Assembly (NCBI GenBank): GCA_028876335.1
Contig: JAGWSG010000187.1
Coordinates: 2,362 to 66,361 of the forward strand
Direction: 5' to 3'
DNA length: 64,000 bases
From: Acidobacteriota bacterium
Lineage (GTDB): Bacteria > Acidobacteriota > Terriglobia > Terriglobales > Acidobacteriaceae
Of the stretch, positions 1 to 9,712 are shown piece by piece. How positions within the stretch are numbered: the stretch's first letter is position 1; every line of letters begins with the position of its first letter. The notes under the pieces were generated by a model. The model had not been told where the DNA came from. It did not search any database and saw only the letters and a program-made list of their open reading frames with translations. Position numbers and translations under genes: made by a program.

Positions 1-186
1 GCGAGTGTGTCATGCCCTTGAGATTACGAGGAAGTAGTTCTAAATTCCAAGTTGGGCAGAAGGCTTTTTCGGACCATACCGGGGTAGCAATCGAAATGCG
101 ATGGCAGGTTATTCTTTTGACTCTGCTAAATTGAAATTGCGGGTGATGCTCACGGTAAGTACATCCAGCAGAATCTGGCAGGGGCC

Positions 187-1227
187 ATGAAGTTCGATTC
201 GATTTTGCATAAAGCAAGCGGCATGTTTCAGTCCGGCAAACCATCTGTATTTGCCGCATTATCTCCCTTTTTGATTGAACCTCGATTTGTCACTCGGGTG
301 TGGGGTTACCAGGACCTTCGGCCGTGGTTCGACTACTCCTCTGCGAAGACGAGTGGTGAGCCAATTGGCGAAGTCTGGCTTACTGGTGACGAATGTGTAA
401 TTGCGAGCGGAACCTATAAAGGCGCAATGCTTGGTGAGTTGTTTGCCCATGCGCCGGAAGCTCTTCTGGGAAAAGGATGGCCAGCAAATGGATCGCCGCT
501 GTTGGTCAAGGTCATCTTCGCGAAAGAGAAGCTCAGTGTGCAGGTGCATCCGGACGATCGTCTGGCGCAGAAATATGGGGAACCGCGCGGCAAGACCGAG
601 TGTTGGTATGCGCTGGAAGCCGAGCCAAACGCTGAAGTTGCAGCTGGGCTGCGCGAGGGTGTGACGCTGGACGAGATTCGTGCCGGTATTCAAAACGGAA
701 CGCTGGAAAACTCCCTTGCTGTGCTGCCGGTGGATAAGGGCGATATGGTTCTGGTGGATGCGGGTACCGTGCACGCCATTTGGCCCGGGTCCATTCTGCT
801 TGAGGTACAACAGAACAGCGATCTCACCTACCGGATGTATGACTACGGGCGTCCCCGTGAATTGCATATCGAAAAATCACTGGAAGCAACGCGCTTGAAA
901 ACGCGCGCCGGCAAAGTTCCTGAGAAGAAGCTTGAAGATCGCACCATTCTTATCGACGAGGAGTACTTCAAGGTAGAACGCATTCCCGTGAATGTAAGCC
1001 GTGCAAGCACGACATTGCCGAGCGCCGAAGAATCCACTCCCGGCTTGTGTTATCTGTTTGCGGCATCGGGCAGCGGCAGGCTGGCCAGTACTGGCTTTGA
1101 AGGTTTCGATTTGCCCACGCGGGGTATTGTTGCCCTACCGGCCACCTCACCCGTCTTTGCCGTGCAGGATCTTGGCGGTCTCGACCTGATTAGGATCGTA
1201 CCGAAGTGGCCTGCGGCCGCGAAATGA
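187..1227 (+). CDS. manA: Mannose-6-phosphate isomerase, class I (cupin)
   Basis: Motifs GEVWL, PLLVK...LSVQVHPDD, KTECWY, GTVHAI, EVQQNSDLTYRMYDY. The true start may be downstream of 187. Confidence 0.9.
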   Translation: MKFDSILHKASGMFQSGKPSVFAALSPFLIEPRFVTRVWGYQDLRPWFDYSSAKTSGEPIGEVWLTGDECVIASGTYKGAMLGELFAHAPEALLGKGWPANGSPLLVKVIFAKEKLSVQVHPDDRLAQKYGEPRGKTECWYALEAEPNAEVAAGLREGVTLDEIRAGIQNGTLENSLAVLPVDKGDMVLVDAGTVHAIWPGSILLEVQQNSDLTYRMYDYGRPRELHIEKSLEATRLKTRAGKVPEKKLEDRTILIDEEYFKVERIPVNVSRASTTLPSAEESTPGLCYLFAASGSGRLASTGFEGFDLPTRGIVALPATSPVFAVQDLGGLDLIRIVPKWPAAAK

Positions 1228-1832
1228 GCGCAACCGGCTGGCGCGATTTGGTGGTCAATTACATCCGCGACGCTGCGCAGCCGGTGGACAAGTTTGGCCA
1301 CCAGCCCAGGCTCTATGCGCTCACTTTGGAATTGGGCAAGAATATCGACTATGACGACGATGTGGTCTTTGCAGCCGCCTGGATGCATGATCTCGGTATC
1401 TTCATCGGCCATAGGCCAGAGGATATTCAAGCACTTGCGGAATGGAATCACATTCAATACACAATCGAACGCACACAGGAATTGCTGCCCGCATGGGGCT
1501 TTCCCGGCGCGAAACTCGAAGCTGTCGCCGAGGTGATAAAGACTCATCAGCCGAATGAGCGTCCGCAAACGGTGGAAGGAATGCTGGTTCATGATGCGGA
1601 CATCCTTGAACAGCTAGGTGCGATTGCAGTTGTGCGCGCCTTTGCCAAGGTTGGCCGTGATACTCGTTACCGCGACTTCTCGTCGGTATTGGAGGTGCTG
1701 CGCAAGGCCTTGAGAGATTTGCCGGACATGTTGTGTTTGAGTCAATCCATGCAACTTGCAAAGCCACGTGCTGCGTCACTTCAAGAATTTATCGCGGCCC
1801 TTGAGTTCGAGGCAGGAGACTTACTGTTTTGA
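1224..1832 (+). CDS. HD-domain metal-dependent phosphohydrolase
   Basis: H...HD...H...D motif (GHQPR, WMHDLG, KTHQ, HDADILE). ATG at 1224 overlaps the manA TGA (ATGA). Confidence 0.85.
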   Translation: MSATGWRDLVVNYIRDAAQPVDKFGHQPRLYALTLELGKNIDYDDDVVFAAAWMHDLGIFIGHRPEDIQALAEWNHIQYTIERTQELLPAWGFPGAKLEAVAEVIKTHQPNERPQTVEGMLVHDADILEQLGAIAVVRAFAKVGRDTRYRDFSSVLEVLRKALRDLPDMLCLSQSMQLAKPRAASLQEFIAALEFEAGDLLF

Positions 1833-1904
1833 GGGAACTTCGCGCCATGCGTTCAGGCTTTGCAATGGAATGCATATGCCGGCCCGAACGAAAATCAATA
1901 CAAA

Positions 1905-2192
1905 GTCTCGAGGGAATCACCATCTTTTCCGCTCGACCTCAATTATCACCGGTCTGCTTCAAAAACGATGCTGCGTGAAGACACGCACCTTGCGGGATTC
2001 AGATAGGAATGGCAGCAGTATGAAGGTCTGCGTCCTTACGGTCGTGTGCTGGCCGGATACGGCGGGAATGTGTGGATAAAGGCTAACGATGAGTACCAGA
2101 TTTGGCCAACTCTGTTCACTACAGGAATTCACCCACAAGGGCTTACAGCGGGCGTGATGTACAACTTTCGCTCGCGCCGTAATGGACGCTAG
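1905..2192 (+). pseudogene. Decayed outer-membrane beta-barrel gene remnant
   Basis: Frame from 1968 reads MLREDTHLAGFR*EWQQYEGLRPYGRVLAGYG-GNVWIKANDEYQIWPTLFTTGIHPQGLTAGVMYNF, with an in-frame TAG at 2004-2006 and no start or signal peptide. It resembles the C-terminal strands of acidobacterial porin-family proteins. Confidence 0.5.
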
Positions 2193-4495
2193 AGAATAGG
2201 GCGTGGGTGAAAGAGCTGTGCTGGGTTGGCTGCGGGAGTTTCCTGGTGCGGCATGCAATGGCGTCTTGGCTGAAATCCGGCAGAGTAACCGCGCGTCACG
2301 TGCAGCCTGTCCATCAAAATGTAGCGAGTGCGCAAGCCATCCAGCGTGGCGGGCAGAGTTGACGGAACATCGCGCCGGTCTACATAGATCACCAGAGCCG
2401 CCTGCTGTGGATTATCGAAGCTTTGACCTACACCGACAGCAAAGTATCCTGAATGGCCTAATATCTCCGAGGCAATGTGCGACTTTACAGCTACGGCATG
2501 CGCCACTTCTGCTGCCGTAAGCAACGATGCGTCGTCGATTGGCGGAGTCATGGGAGCTGTTCCCATTGAGACCGCTCGCGCCGTGGATGGAACGACAACC
2601 GTGCGTACTCCGGAGATGATAGGAGGTACTTGAGCGATTAATCCGGAGCTCACGTAGACAATTACCGCCGCCTGTCCTGGCTGATCACTGCTCTTGCCCA
2701 TGGCCACACCCAGAACGCCATTGGATGGATTTATGAGCTGCCGCGCTGCCACCAGTGCCTGTTGTACGCGGGCAATCTGCTGGTCAGACAGCGCTTGTGC
2801 TTGAGCTGCCATGATTTCGGAATTGCCAAAACTCAGGCAACTGACCGGATGGTCCGCACCACCAACAAAGGTATAACTCATCCCCGAAACAAGCTGTGCA
2901 TTCAGTTCCCGTAAAACCTCAGGTGCAGGATTGGCCATGCCATGGCTGACACCTGCGGCATCGATTCCACCCGCAAAATAGAGTCCAACGGGTTCCGCAT
3001 TTGCCGTATCCACGATGAGCGACCCTGAATCGCCCGCGTCGGAAAACCGGTTACCGCTAATGGCAATCTGGTTGGTGAACCTCTTTGTCAGGTAAGGATG
3101 CGTCTCCGCGCAATCGGTGAAGTAGTCAACCTGCACGTCTACATCGATTGCAGATACCTCGCCGCAGGTGAGTCCCGTGGTGCGGCCGCTCTTGGCAACA
3201 CGAAGCGCAAGCGAAGCCGTTTCACCCATGCCATTGGTCGATGAAATTCCCGGAGGCGCGGCGGCAAGAGAACCGTCCGGCAAACGCGCGCCGAGTTCGA
3301 GAATGCTTCCGGATGGGTCCACGCTATGCGAGGCAACCTGCGCAATGGCTACGTCGACGTTGGTTTGGCTTGAGCTAATTGGAAGCCAGCCGGTAAGTGC
3401 GCCCACAGGGATGGTGCCGGGTCCATCGCCGTTGGGTGTGCAATTGTTATCGATGAGTCCTGGCTGTACGATTACATCGCCTACACTTGCCTGGTCGCTT
3501 CGGGCCAGAACGTGATTATTGCTGAGCAGGTATTGGCGTCCGTTCGAGTCCTTCACCAGCGCACCGAGAGTTCCACTGCAGCAGTCAACCACGGTGTTGT
3601 CCTTGGCGTCGAAGTCGTTATTGTTGCCGCCTGTGCTGCCGAGGAGCATTGGCGTGGCCATGGCGACCTGATGCGATTCAGGACTGCTTATGACGCCGGC
3701 TTGATTAATGAGGACCGCCGCTTCTGTTCTGGATTGTTGCAGGCGGCCTGTGGCAACAATATAAGCAACGCTGTTCGCAAGGATGCTTGCCGGTGCCGTG
3801 TACGTGACTGTGCAGGTGGTGAAAGACTTATCAGAACGTCTGCAACTGGCGGCTCCCAGCGCTCCCTGTGAGGAGCCTTTGCCATCTGGCAGTGCAGCGA
3901 GTGCAAAGTGCACTTCGTTGTTGCCGCCGATTTCAGCCAGAGTTGCTGTAACGGTGAACGTACCACCAGGACCGAGCGTTGCATTCTGCGGTGTGAGCGG
4001 TTGCACGAAGCCAGGTGTGACTCTCAAACGGGAACTCACCTTCTCCGATGGATCGGAGCGCAGAGTCGCCGTTACCTCCACGTCGACTTGATCGGTGGTC
4101 AAATAATTGGGCGGCGTATATTGCCCAACTGCGGTAATGGAGCCGGCACCGCTGACTGGATCTCCGCCAGAAACCGACCATACGACGCTGGCCGCCTTGT
4201 CGGAGGGAAGTGTAGCGATAAACTGCTCCACGGAAAGTCCATGATGACCAAGAGAGTTGCAGCCGGTGCAATTGGTATCAATGGTAGCGGGACCAGGAGA
4301 CAGAGAGAACGATGAAGCTGATTGCGAAGGGTTAGCCGATACCATGCTGCCGCCACAACCTGCCAACAGGAGCAGCGCAGGAGCAGTCAATCCCAGCAGG
4401 ACGAGCGGCTTGCAGAGCCGCGCAGCGCAACCATGGACCAGATGAATACCCGGTCGTGGGCGACCCAAAACGAAAGTTGGCTGTTCCTCTCGCAT
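2189..4495 (-). CDS. Lipoprotein with Ig-like domains, trypsin-like (S1/Nal1-type) serine protease domain and two C-terminal repeats
   Basis: Lipobox LLLLAG-C. Triad motifs SNNHV (His 3512-3514), VDVAIA (Asp 3353-3355), GDSGS (Ser 3026-3028), plus KSGRTTGLT. Confidence 0.8.
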   Translation of the reverse strand: MREEQPTFVLGRPRPGIHLVHGCAARLCKPLVLLGLTAPALLLLAGCGGSMVSANPSQSASSFSLSPGPATIDTNCTGCNSLGHHGLSVEQFIATLPSDKAASVVWSVSGGDPVSGAGSITAVGQYTPPNYLTTDQVDVEVTATLRSDPSEKVSSRLRVTPGFVQPLTPQNATLGPGGTFTVTATLAEIGGNNEVHFALAALPDGKGSSQGALGAASCRRSDKSFTTCTVTYTAPASILANSVAYIVATGRLQQSRTEAAVLINQAGVISSPESHQVAMATPMLLGSTGGNNNDFDAKDNTVVDCCSGTLGALVKDSNGRQYLLSNNHVLARSDQASVGDVIVQPGLIDNNCTPNGDGPGTIPVGALTGWLPISSSQTNVDVAIAQVASHSVDPSGSILELGARLPDGSLAAAPPGISSTNGMGETASLALRVAKSGRTTGLTCGEVSAIDVDVQVDYFTDCAETHPYLTKRFTNQIAISGNRFSDAGDSGSLIVDTANAEPVGLYFAGGIDAAGVSHGMANPAPEVLRELNAQLVSGMSYTFVGGADHPVSCLSFGNSEIMAAQAQALSDQQIARVQQALVAARQLINPSNGVLGVAMGKSSDQPGQAAVIVYVSSGLIAQVPPIISGVRTVVVPSTARAVSMGTAPMTPPIDDASLLTAAEVAHAVAVKSHIASEILGHSGYFAVGVGQSFDNPQQAALVIYVDRRDVPSTLPATLDGLRTRYILMDRLHVTRGYSAGFQPRRHCMPHQETPAANPAQLFHPRPIL

Positions 4496-5076
4496 AATTT
4501 ATCTGGCAAGGTTGAGCGCTTTAACTCCACGTAAAAAGAATTTCAGCTTAACTCAGGTTCTACTGTTTTGCATTGAATTGCAGATGGAGAATTCCTGAAG
4601 AATTGATGAACTGTTGAGTACCTCAAGATTCAGTTTAGAAGCAAGCTCGTAGTTTCAGTAGATTTAGACTCTCCATGAGGGGAGAAGTGTATTAAATAGA
4701 ATGACTTGGAGAGGGTTAATTTGCGGGACTCGGATGAGTATGAAAAGAGGACGATGCAATTGAGTGCCAGCTTGAGGCTGGTACTTTCGACGGATTTTAC
4801 TGAGACTCCTGAGGAAAGTATGTTCAGCCGCTCCCAATTCAGGTCCGTGGAATCTCCTATATGCTGACTTCAATGCCGGCGCTCCGTGACCGGTGAATTT
4901 CATCGGTATTAAAACCGCAGCATTCGAACAAGCGATTGCGCACTAGCAGACTAAAATCTGTCCGTCAGCATGTTCATGCCAAACCGTAAAACCTTCCTGG
5001 CAAGCGTGCGGCATTGTTCGTGGTCTGATGTCCTCCACCTCGTATTTCTACCAGTGCTGATGTAAAGTTGTCGGCA

Positions 5077-6987
5077 ATGGAATTCACCCCCTCAGGCAGC
5101 CTTGAAGAGCAGGTTGCAGACCTGCGCAGACGCGCTTTCCGACTGGAAGAGGCGCTGCTGGCGCGCGGAGCTTCACTGCCGGTGGAGGAACCAGCTAAAT
5201 CGTCTGCCGTGGCGCAATCGGTCGCACAGTCAATTCCATCTCCACAGGCACAGCCCGTTCAGTCAGCTTCCAAGCCAGCGCAAGCGGCGCCCACCCGACC
5301 TTGGACGCAGGCTCCCTTTACGGGACAATCCTCCGCAGGTGCCGCGTGGAACCAGCCGGCAAGCTCAACGCACGACGGCTCGCTTGAAAGCCGCATTGGT
5401 TCACAGTGGTTCAATCGAATTGGAATTCTCGCCGTGCTGATTGGCATGGCATGGTTTATTAAATTTGCCATCGACAATCAGTGGATTGGCCCGCTGGGGC
5501 GCATCCTAATCGGTCTCGTCGCGGGCGCAGGTTTGATTGCCTGGTCGGAGAAATTTCGTGGCAAGGGCTTCGTCATCTTTTCCTATTCGCTCAAGGCGAT
5601 AGGCAGCGGTGTTCTGTATTTGTCGTTGTGGGCGGCGTTCAGTGTCTATCAGTTGGTGCCTTCTGGCGCCGCATTCTTTGCGATGATTGTTGTCACAGCA
5701 TTCAATGGCCTCATGGCGTGGGTACAGGATGCGGAACTGCTCGCGCTTTATGCCATTGTGGGCGGCATCAGCACGCCAGTATTGCTCTCAACAGGCGAGA
5801 ACCACGAAATAACTCTCTTCAGTTATCTGTTGCTCATTGATCTCGCCGTACTGATCCTTGTGGCGCTCAAGCCCTGGTCGCGGCTGTTGTTTGTAGCTTT
5901 TGCTGGGACCATTTTGATGGTGACTGGCTGGTGGATTGGCTACTATAGTGCGGACCAACGCGCGCGTACGTCACTTTTCGTCGCGCTCTTCTTTTTGACA
6001 TTTGCCCTCGCACCTCGGCTGGTACGTATTGAATTGCAGGAAGGCGTGGAGCCATCCGGCTGGAACGCGCTGGCAATGTTGGTGTTGCCCGCGTTGAATG
6101 CCGGTCTTGGTTTTCTGGCTTTCTATGTGCTTTACGATCGTGCGGGGACGGAGTGGGCTACACCCTGGATTGCGGTCCTGTTCGCGGCGTTTTATTTGGC
6201 AATGCAGCGCCTGCCTGCGCAAGGCAAACTGCATGAAAGCCCCGCATTGCTTTCGGCCTTGCATCTTGCGGCGGCAGTTGCCTTTCTCACCATTGCCATT
6301 CCATTGAAGGCGCAGGGTCGTTGGCTCACGACGGGATGGCTGGCGGAAGGCGCGGCCTTGATGTGGGTTGCGCAGCGAATGGGAATGAGATTGCTGCGAG
6401 TGATGGCCATTGGGTGTTTTGCGCTTGGGCTTGGTGCTTTGCTCACCGTGAATCCAGCGGCGTCACAAACACCAATCTTCAATTCCCGTTTCGCCGCCTA
6501 CGCCTTCGCCATCGGGGCCTTTGGCTTTGTGGCGAGGCTGTCGCTGCATGCGGCCGAGCAAGAGCAGAATGACTCCGGCCTCTCTTGGTCGAGTTTGGCC
6601 GCAACATCGGTACTGCTTATCAATCTGCTGGCGCTGATTGCAATCAGTCTCGAAATTAATGCATTTTGGCAGGCGCGCAGTGTTCTAAACGACTACGAAA
6701 GCTGGCGTGCGAGCAGTATCTACGCGCAATTCAGTTATTCTGCCTTCTTTATGCTCTATGGGGCCATACTGCTTGCACTGGGATTCATGCGAAGGTCCAG
6801 CTTTCTTCGCTGGCAGGCACTTGTGCTTCTTGCCTTCTCCATTGGTAAGGTGTTTCTAGTGGATATGAGCGAACTCAGTCAGGGATTCCGCATCCTCAGC
6901 TTCCTTGTTCTTGGAGCTCTGCTTTTGGCGGTCAGCTTCGTCTATCAACGCGACTGGCTGTATCTACGCGGGGCAGGGAAGTCATGA
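5077..6987 (+). CDS. DUF2339-type polytopic membrane protein
   Basis: N-terminal coiled coil and Pro/Gln linker, LESRIGSQWFNRIG motif, many TM helices, C-terminal RILSFLVLGALLLAVSFVYQR. Alternative TTG start at 5068. Confidence 0.85.
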   Translation: MEFTPSGSLEEQVADLRRRAFRLEEALLARGASLPVEEPAKSSAVAQSVAQSIPSPQAQPVQSASKPAQAAPTRPWTQAPFTGQSSAGAAWNQPASSTHDGSLESRIGSQWFNRIGILAVLIGMAWFIKFAIDNQWIGPLGRILIGLVAGAGLIAWSEKFRGKGFVIFSYSLKAIGSGVLYLSLWAAFSVYQLVPSGAAFFAMIVVTAFNGLMAWVQDAELLALYAIVGGISTPVLLSTGENHEITLFSYLLLIDLAVLILVALKPWSRLLFVAFAGTILMVTGWWIGYYSADQRARTSLFVALFFLTFALAPRLVRIELQEGVEPSGWNALAMLVLPALNAGLGFLAFYVLYDRAGTEWATPWIAVLFAAFYLAMQRLPAQGKLHESPALLSALHLAAAVAFLTIAIPLKAQGRWLTTGWLAEGAALMWVAQRMGMRLLRVMAIGCFALGLGALLTVNPAASQTPIFNSRFAAYAFAIGAFGFVARLSLHAAEQEQNDSGLSWSSLAATSVLLINLLALIAISLEINAFWQARSVLNDYESWRASSIYAQFSYSAFFMLYGAILLALGFMRRSSFLRWQALVLLAFSIGKVFLVDMSELSQGFRILSFLVLGALLLAVSFVYQRDWLYLRGAGKS

Positions 6988-8249
6988 CCATCCGTTCGCT
7001 GGCGGCAATGCTTATTGTGATGGCCGTCGCCGCTCCACAGCAAAAGTACTTCCGCTATGAGCGGCCGCTCATAGCGCTTCCTGTTCAGAGCGGGCAGACA
7101 TGTGTGTCGCTCGACGATCAGGTATTTGCGCACTCTGAACGCAACCTGGCCGATGTGCGCCTCTACGAAGATGGTATTGAGACGCCATACGCGGTAAACA
7201 CTGCGTCTGCCGCGGAATATGTTCCTCAATTAATCCATCCTCTCAATGTGGGTGTCCGCGGTGGGCACACCGTCTTCGACGCAGAGATGCCGGAAGCGCC
7301 TTACAGCGACTTGGATTTGAACGTCACCGCACATAACTTCATCGCCACAGTGACCGTGACCGGCAGCCGCGCAGAAGATGGACACGCGATCACGAAACTG
7401 GGCGACTTCACCATCTTCGACTTTACGCGCGAGCGTCTCGGGCGTAGCACTGTGCTGCATTTACCGCTTTCAAACTTTGTTGTGCTGCATTTCAGCATCA
7501 GCGGCGGCATTGCGCCCGATGACATTACAGGCATTTCTGCGATGAAGGGCGCCCAGGAGAAAGCACGCTACATCACTGTGGCGCAGACCGATCAGGCGAC
7601 GGAGAAGGACCGCTCGACTGAATTTACCTTTACCGTGTCCGCGCACATTCCGGTTGATCGCGTGGTGTTCGTGCCTGGCTCGCAGCCGGCGCAGTTCAGC
7701 AGGCCGGTATCGATCATTGTGGAAGACGCCGCTCCGCCCAGTCAACCCAACACTCTTGGACTCTATTCCGTGGCCGGTGGCGGCAATCTTCTCCGCATTC
7801 ACAGCGTGCATAATGGGCGCCGCATCGACGAAGAGAATCTGGCGATTCCGGCTCCTCTGGTGACAGGAGACGGTGTCAGAAAGTGGACCGTTAGCTTGGA
7901 GAATGGCGATGACGCACCCATTCCCTTCCAGCAGCTTCGCTTGGAGATGCGCGAGCGCCAGTTGTGCTTTGATGCGGCTGCGGGTGCGAGCTACTCGCTC
8001 TATTACGGCGACAGCGTGCTCGATGCACCGCGTTACGACTACGCAACGCTCTTCGCTCTCCAGGACAACGCTCGGCAGGCTAAGCTCGGCCCGGAGATGG
8101 AAAATACAAAATACACGCCACGACCGGATGCGCGGCCGTTCACGGAGAAGCATCCTTCCTTGTTGTGGGCCGCACTCCTACTCGTGATCATGGTTCTCGG
8201 GCTGGTGGCTCTTCGAACTGTGAAGCGTCAGGCGAATCTGCGCCGCTGA
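6984..8249 (+). CDS. DUF3999-type exported protein with C-terminal TM anchor
   Basis: Signal peptide, LADVRLY...ETPY, IENGDDAP-like motif (LENGDDAPI), APRYDY, C-terminal TM LLWAALLLVIMVLGLVA. ATGA overlap with the upstream gene. Confidence 0.7.
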   Translation: MTIRSLAAMLIVMAVAAPQQKYFRYERPLIALPVQSGQTCVSLDDQVFAHSERNLADVRLYEDGIETPYAVNTASAAEYVPQLIHPLNVGVRGGHTVFDAEMPEAPYSDLDLNVTAHNFIATVTVTGSRAEDGHAITKLGDFTIFDFTRERLGRSTVLHLPLSNFVVLHFSISGGIAPDDITGISAMKGAQEKARYITVAQTDQATEKDRSTEFTFTVSAHIPVDRVVFVPGSQPAQFSRPVSIIVEDAAPPSQPNTLGLYSVAGGGNLLRIHSVHNGRRIDEENLAIPAPLVTGDGVRKWTVSLENGDDAPIPFQQLRLEMRERQLCFDAAAGASYSLYYGDSVLDAPRYDYATLFALQDNARQAKLGPEMENTKYTPRPDARPFTEKHPSLLWAALLLVIMVLGLVALRTVKRQANLRR

Positions 8250-8251
8250 AC

Positions 8252-9256
8252 TTATTTCAACTCCACGACCAGCTTTCCGAAGTGCGCCGCACTCTCCATA
8301 GAGGCAAGAGTATCGCGCGCCTGACTCCAATAATGGCTTTGGCATACAGGGCGAATCTCGTGTTGATCGAGAAACGCGTTCATGGCGAGGAAGTGCGCGC
8401 GTGATCCGACGTAGATGCCGTGAATGTGGAGTTGCTTGTGAAAAATGAGCGGCAGTGGAATTACGTCTGCTGCCCCGGTAAGTACTCCGATCTGTGCAAT
8501 TGTGCCACCGATTTTCACCGCGCGTAATGATCGCGGCAAGGTGCCTGCTCCGCCCACTTCCACAACCAGATCTACGCCCACGTCCCCCGTTTGCTCAAAG
8601 GCCCAACGTTCCCAGTCGGGCGTTGTGCGGTAATTCAATCCTTCGTCAAGGCCCAGCGACTTTGCGCGTTCAAGTTTCTCGTCACTACTGGAAATACCCA
8701 GAACGCGCGCTCCCATGGCCTTGGCCATTTGCAGCGCGAAGATGGATACGCCGCCCGTGCCTTGAATGAGCACCGTCGATCCAGGCCCCACCTTGCCTGC
8801 GGTCAGTGCATTCCACGCAGTCACGGCCGCACAGGGCAGTGTGGCAGCTTCGGAATAGCTGAGGTAAGGCAGTATGCCAACAATGCTTTTCGCGGGCAGC
8901 ACGACATATTCCGCGAGCATGCCGTCAATGTCGCCGCCCAACGCCCCTTTATTGGTTTCGGCTGTAGGTGGTCCATCCAGCCAGTTCTGCAAGAAGATGC
9001 CGTTCACACGGTCGCCGGGCTGCCAACTGGTTACGCCTTCACCTACTGCGATGATTTCTCCTGCCCCGTCTGAGCAGGGAATCCGCGGCCGAGTCATTTT
9101 TGGGTTGTAAAGTCCTTTGACTACAAGAAGATCGCGATAGTTGAACGACACGGCGCGAACACGAATAAGAACTTCGCCGGGGCCGGGATTCGGCACGGGG
9201 AGATCAACGAGTTCAAGGGACTCAAAGCCAAATTCTTTCAGCTGCCACGCGCGCAT
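8252..9256 (-). CDS. NAD(P)-dependent medium-chain alcohol dehydrogenase / quinone reductase family
   Basis: VRAVSFNYRD, IPCSDGAGE, GTGGVS nucleotide-binding loop, HFGKLVV C-terminus. Start set at MRAWQLKEF. Confidence 0.9.
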   Translation of the reverse strand: MRAWQLKEFGFESLELVDLPVPNPGPGEVLIRVRAVSFNYRDLLVVKGLYNPKMTRPRIPCSDGAGEIIAVGEGVTSWQPGDRVNGIFLQNWLDGPPTAETNKGALGGDIDGMLAEYVVLPAKSIVGILPYLSYSEAATLPCAAVTAWNALTAGKVGPGSTVLIQGTGGVSIFALQMAKAMGARVLGISSSDEKLERAKSLGLDEGLNYRTTPDWERWAFEQTGDVGVDLVVEVGGAGTLPRSLRAVKIGGTIAQIGVLTGAADVIPLPLIFHKQLHIHGIYVGSRAHFLAMNAFLDQHEIRPVCQSHYWSQARDTLASMESAAHFGKLVVELK

Positions 9257-9340
9257 AAATTTTCTCCTATTTTGTGGAAACGGCGCGACATGTTGCGCCG
9301 CGTGAGACGACCTTTGCAAAAAACCACTAGAATTCAAGAT

Positions 9341-9607
9341 ATGGCTCGCGGTTGGGAAAGTAAATCAGTGGAGGAGCAAATGGCCAGTGCCCTGGAGTCG
9401 CCACGACTCGAAACCGAAGGCAGCAAGACAACTGAGGAAGAGAAGCGCCGCGTGCAGCAGGAACGTGCGGCACGCGAACGGCAGAAGCAATCGCTGAATC
9501 TGCAAAAAGAACAGATTCTTTCTCAGCGAACTTCAAGCCCGCTCCGACGCCAGGCGTTGGAGGCTGCGCTCAATCACATTGAGTTGCAGTTGGAAGCATT
9601 GGATTGA
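9341..9607 (+). CDS. Small helical/coiled-coil hypothetical protein (88 aa)
   Basis: MARGWESKSVEEQ N-terminus, charged helical composition. It fills the gap between flanking genes. Confidence 0.7.
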   Translation: MARGWESKSVEEQMASALESPRLETEGSKTTEEEKRRVQQERAARERQKQSLNLQKEQILSQRTSSPLRRQALEAALNHIELQLEALD

Positions 9608-9712
9608 CACTTTCCGCCTCTGGGCGGATTTTTTAGTGCTCGAATTCCCGTCCGGCTCGCTGCATGCTTGCCGGCAGCTTGGCACGCCCTGCAATGATGG
9701 ATTGCGTCGACA

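Noticed and set aside
4812-4840. GAGGAAAGT, similar to the RNase P RNA signature
   Set aside because: It continues ATG rather than CC, and no other rnpB conserved regions are nearby.
4664-4903. 79-aa minus-strand ORF in the long intergenic gap
   Set aside because: No SD, no motif and atypical composition. Treated as non-coding regulatory DNA.
9682-9697. Sigma54-like TGGCACG...TGCA
   Set aside because: The -24/-12 spacing is one base short, and the site lies between convergent gene ends.
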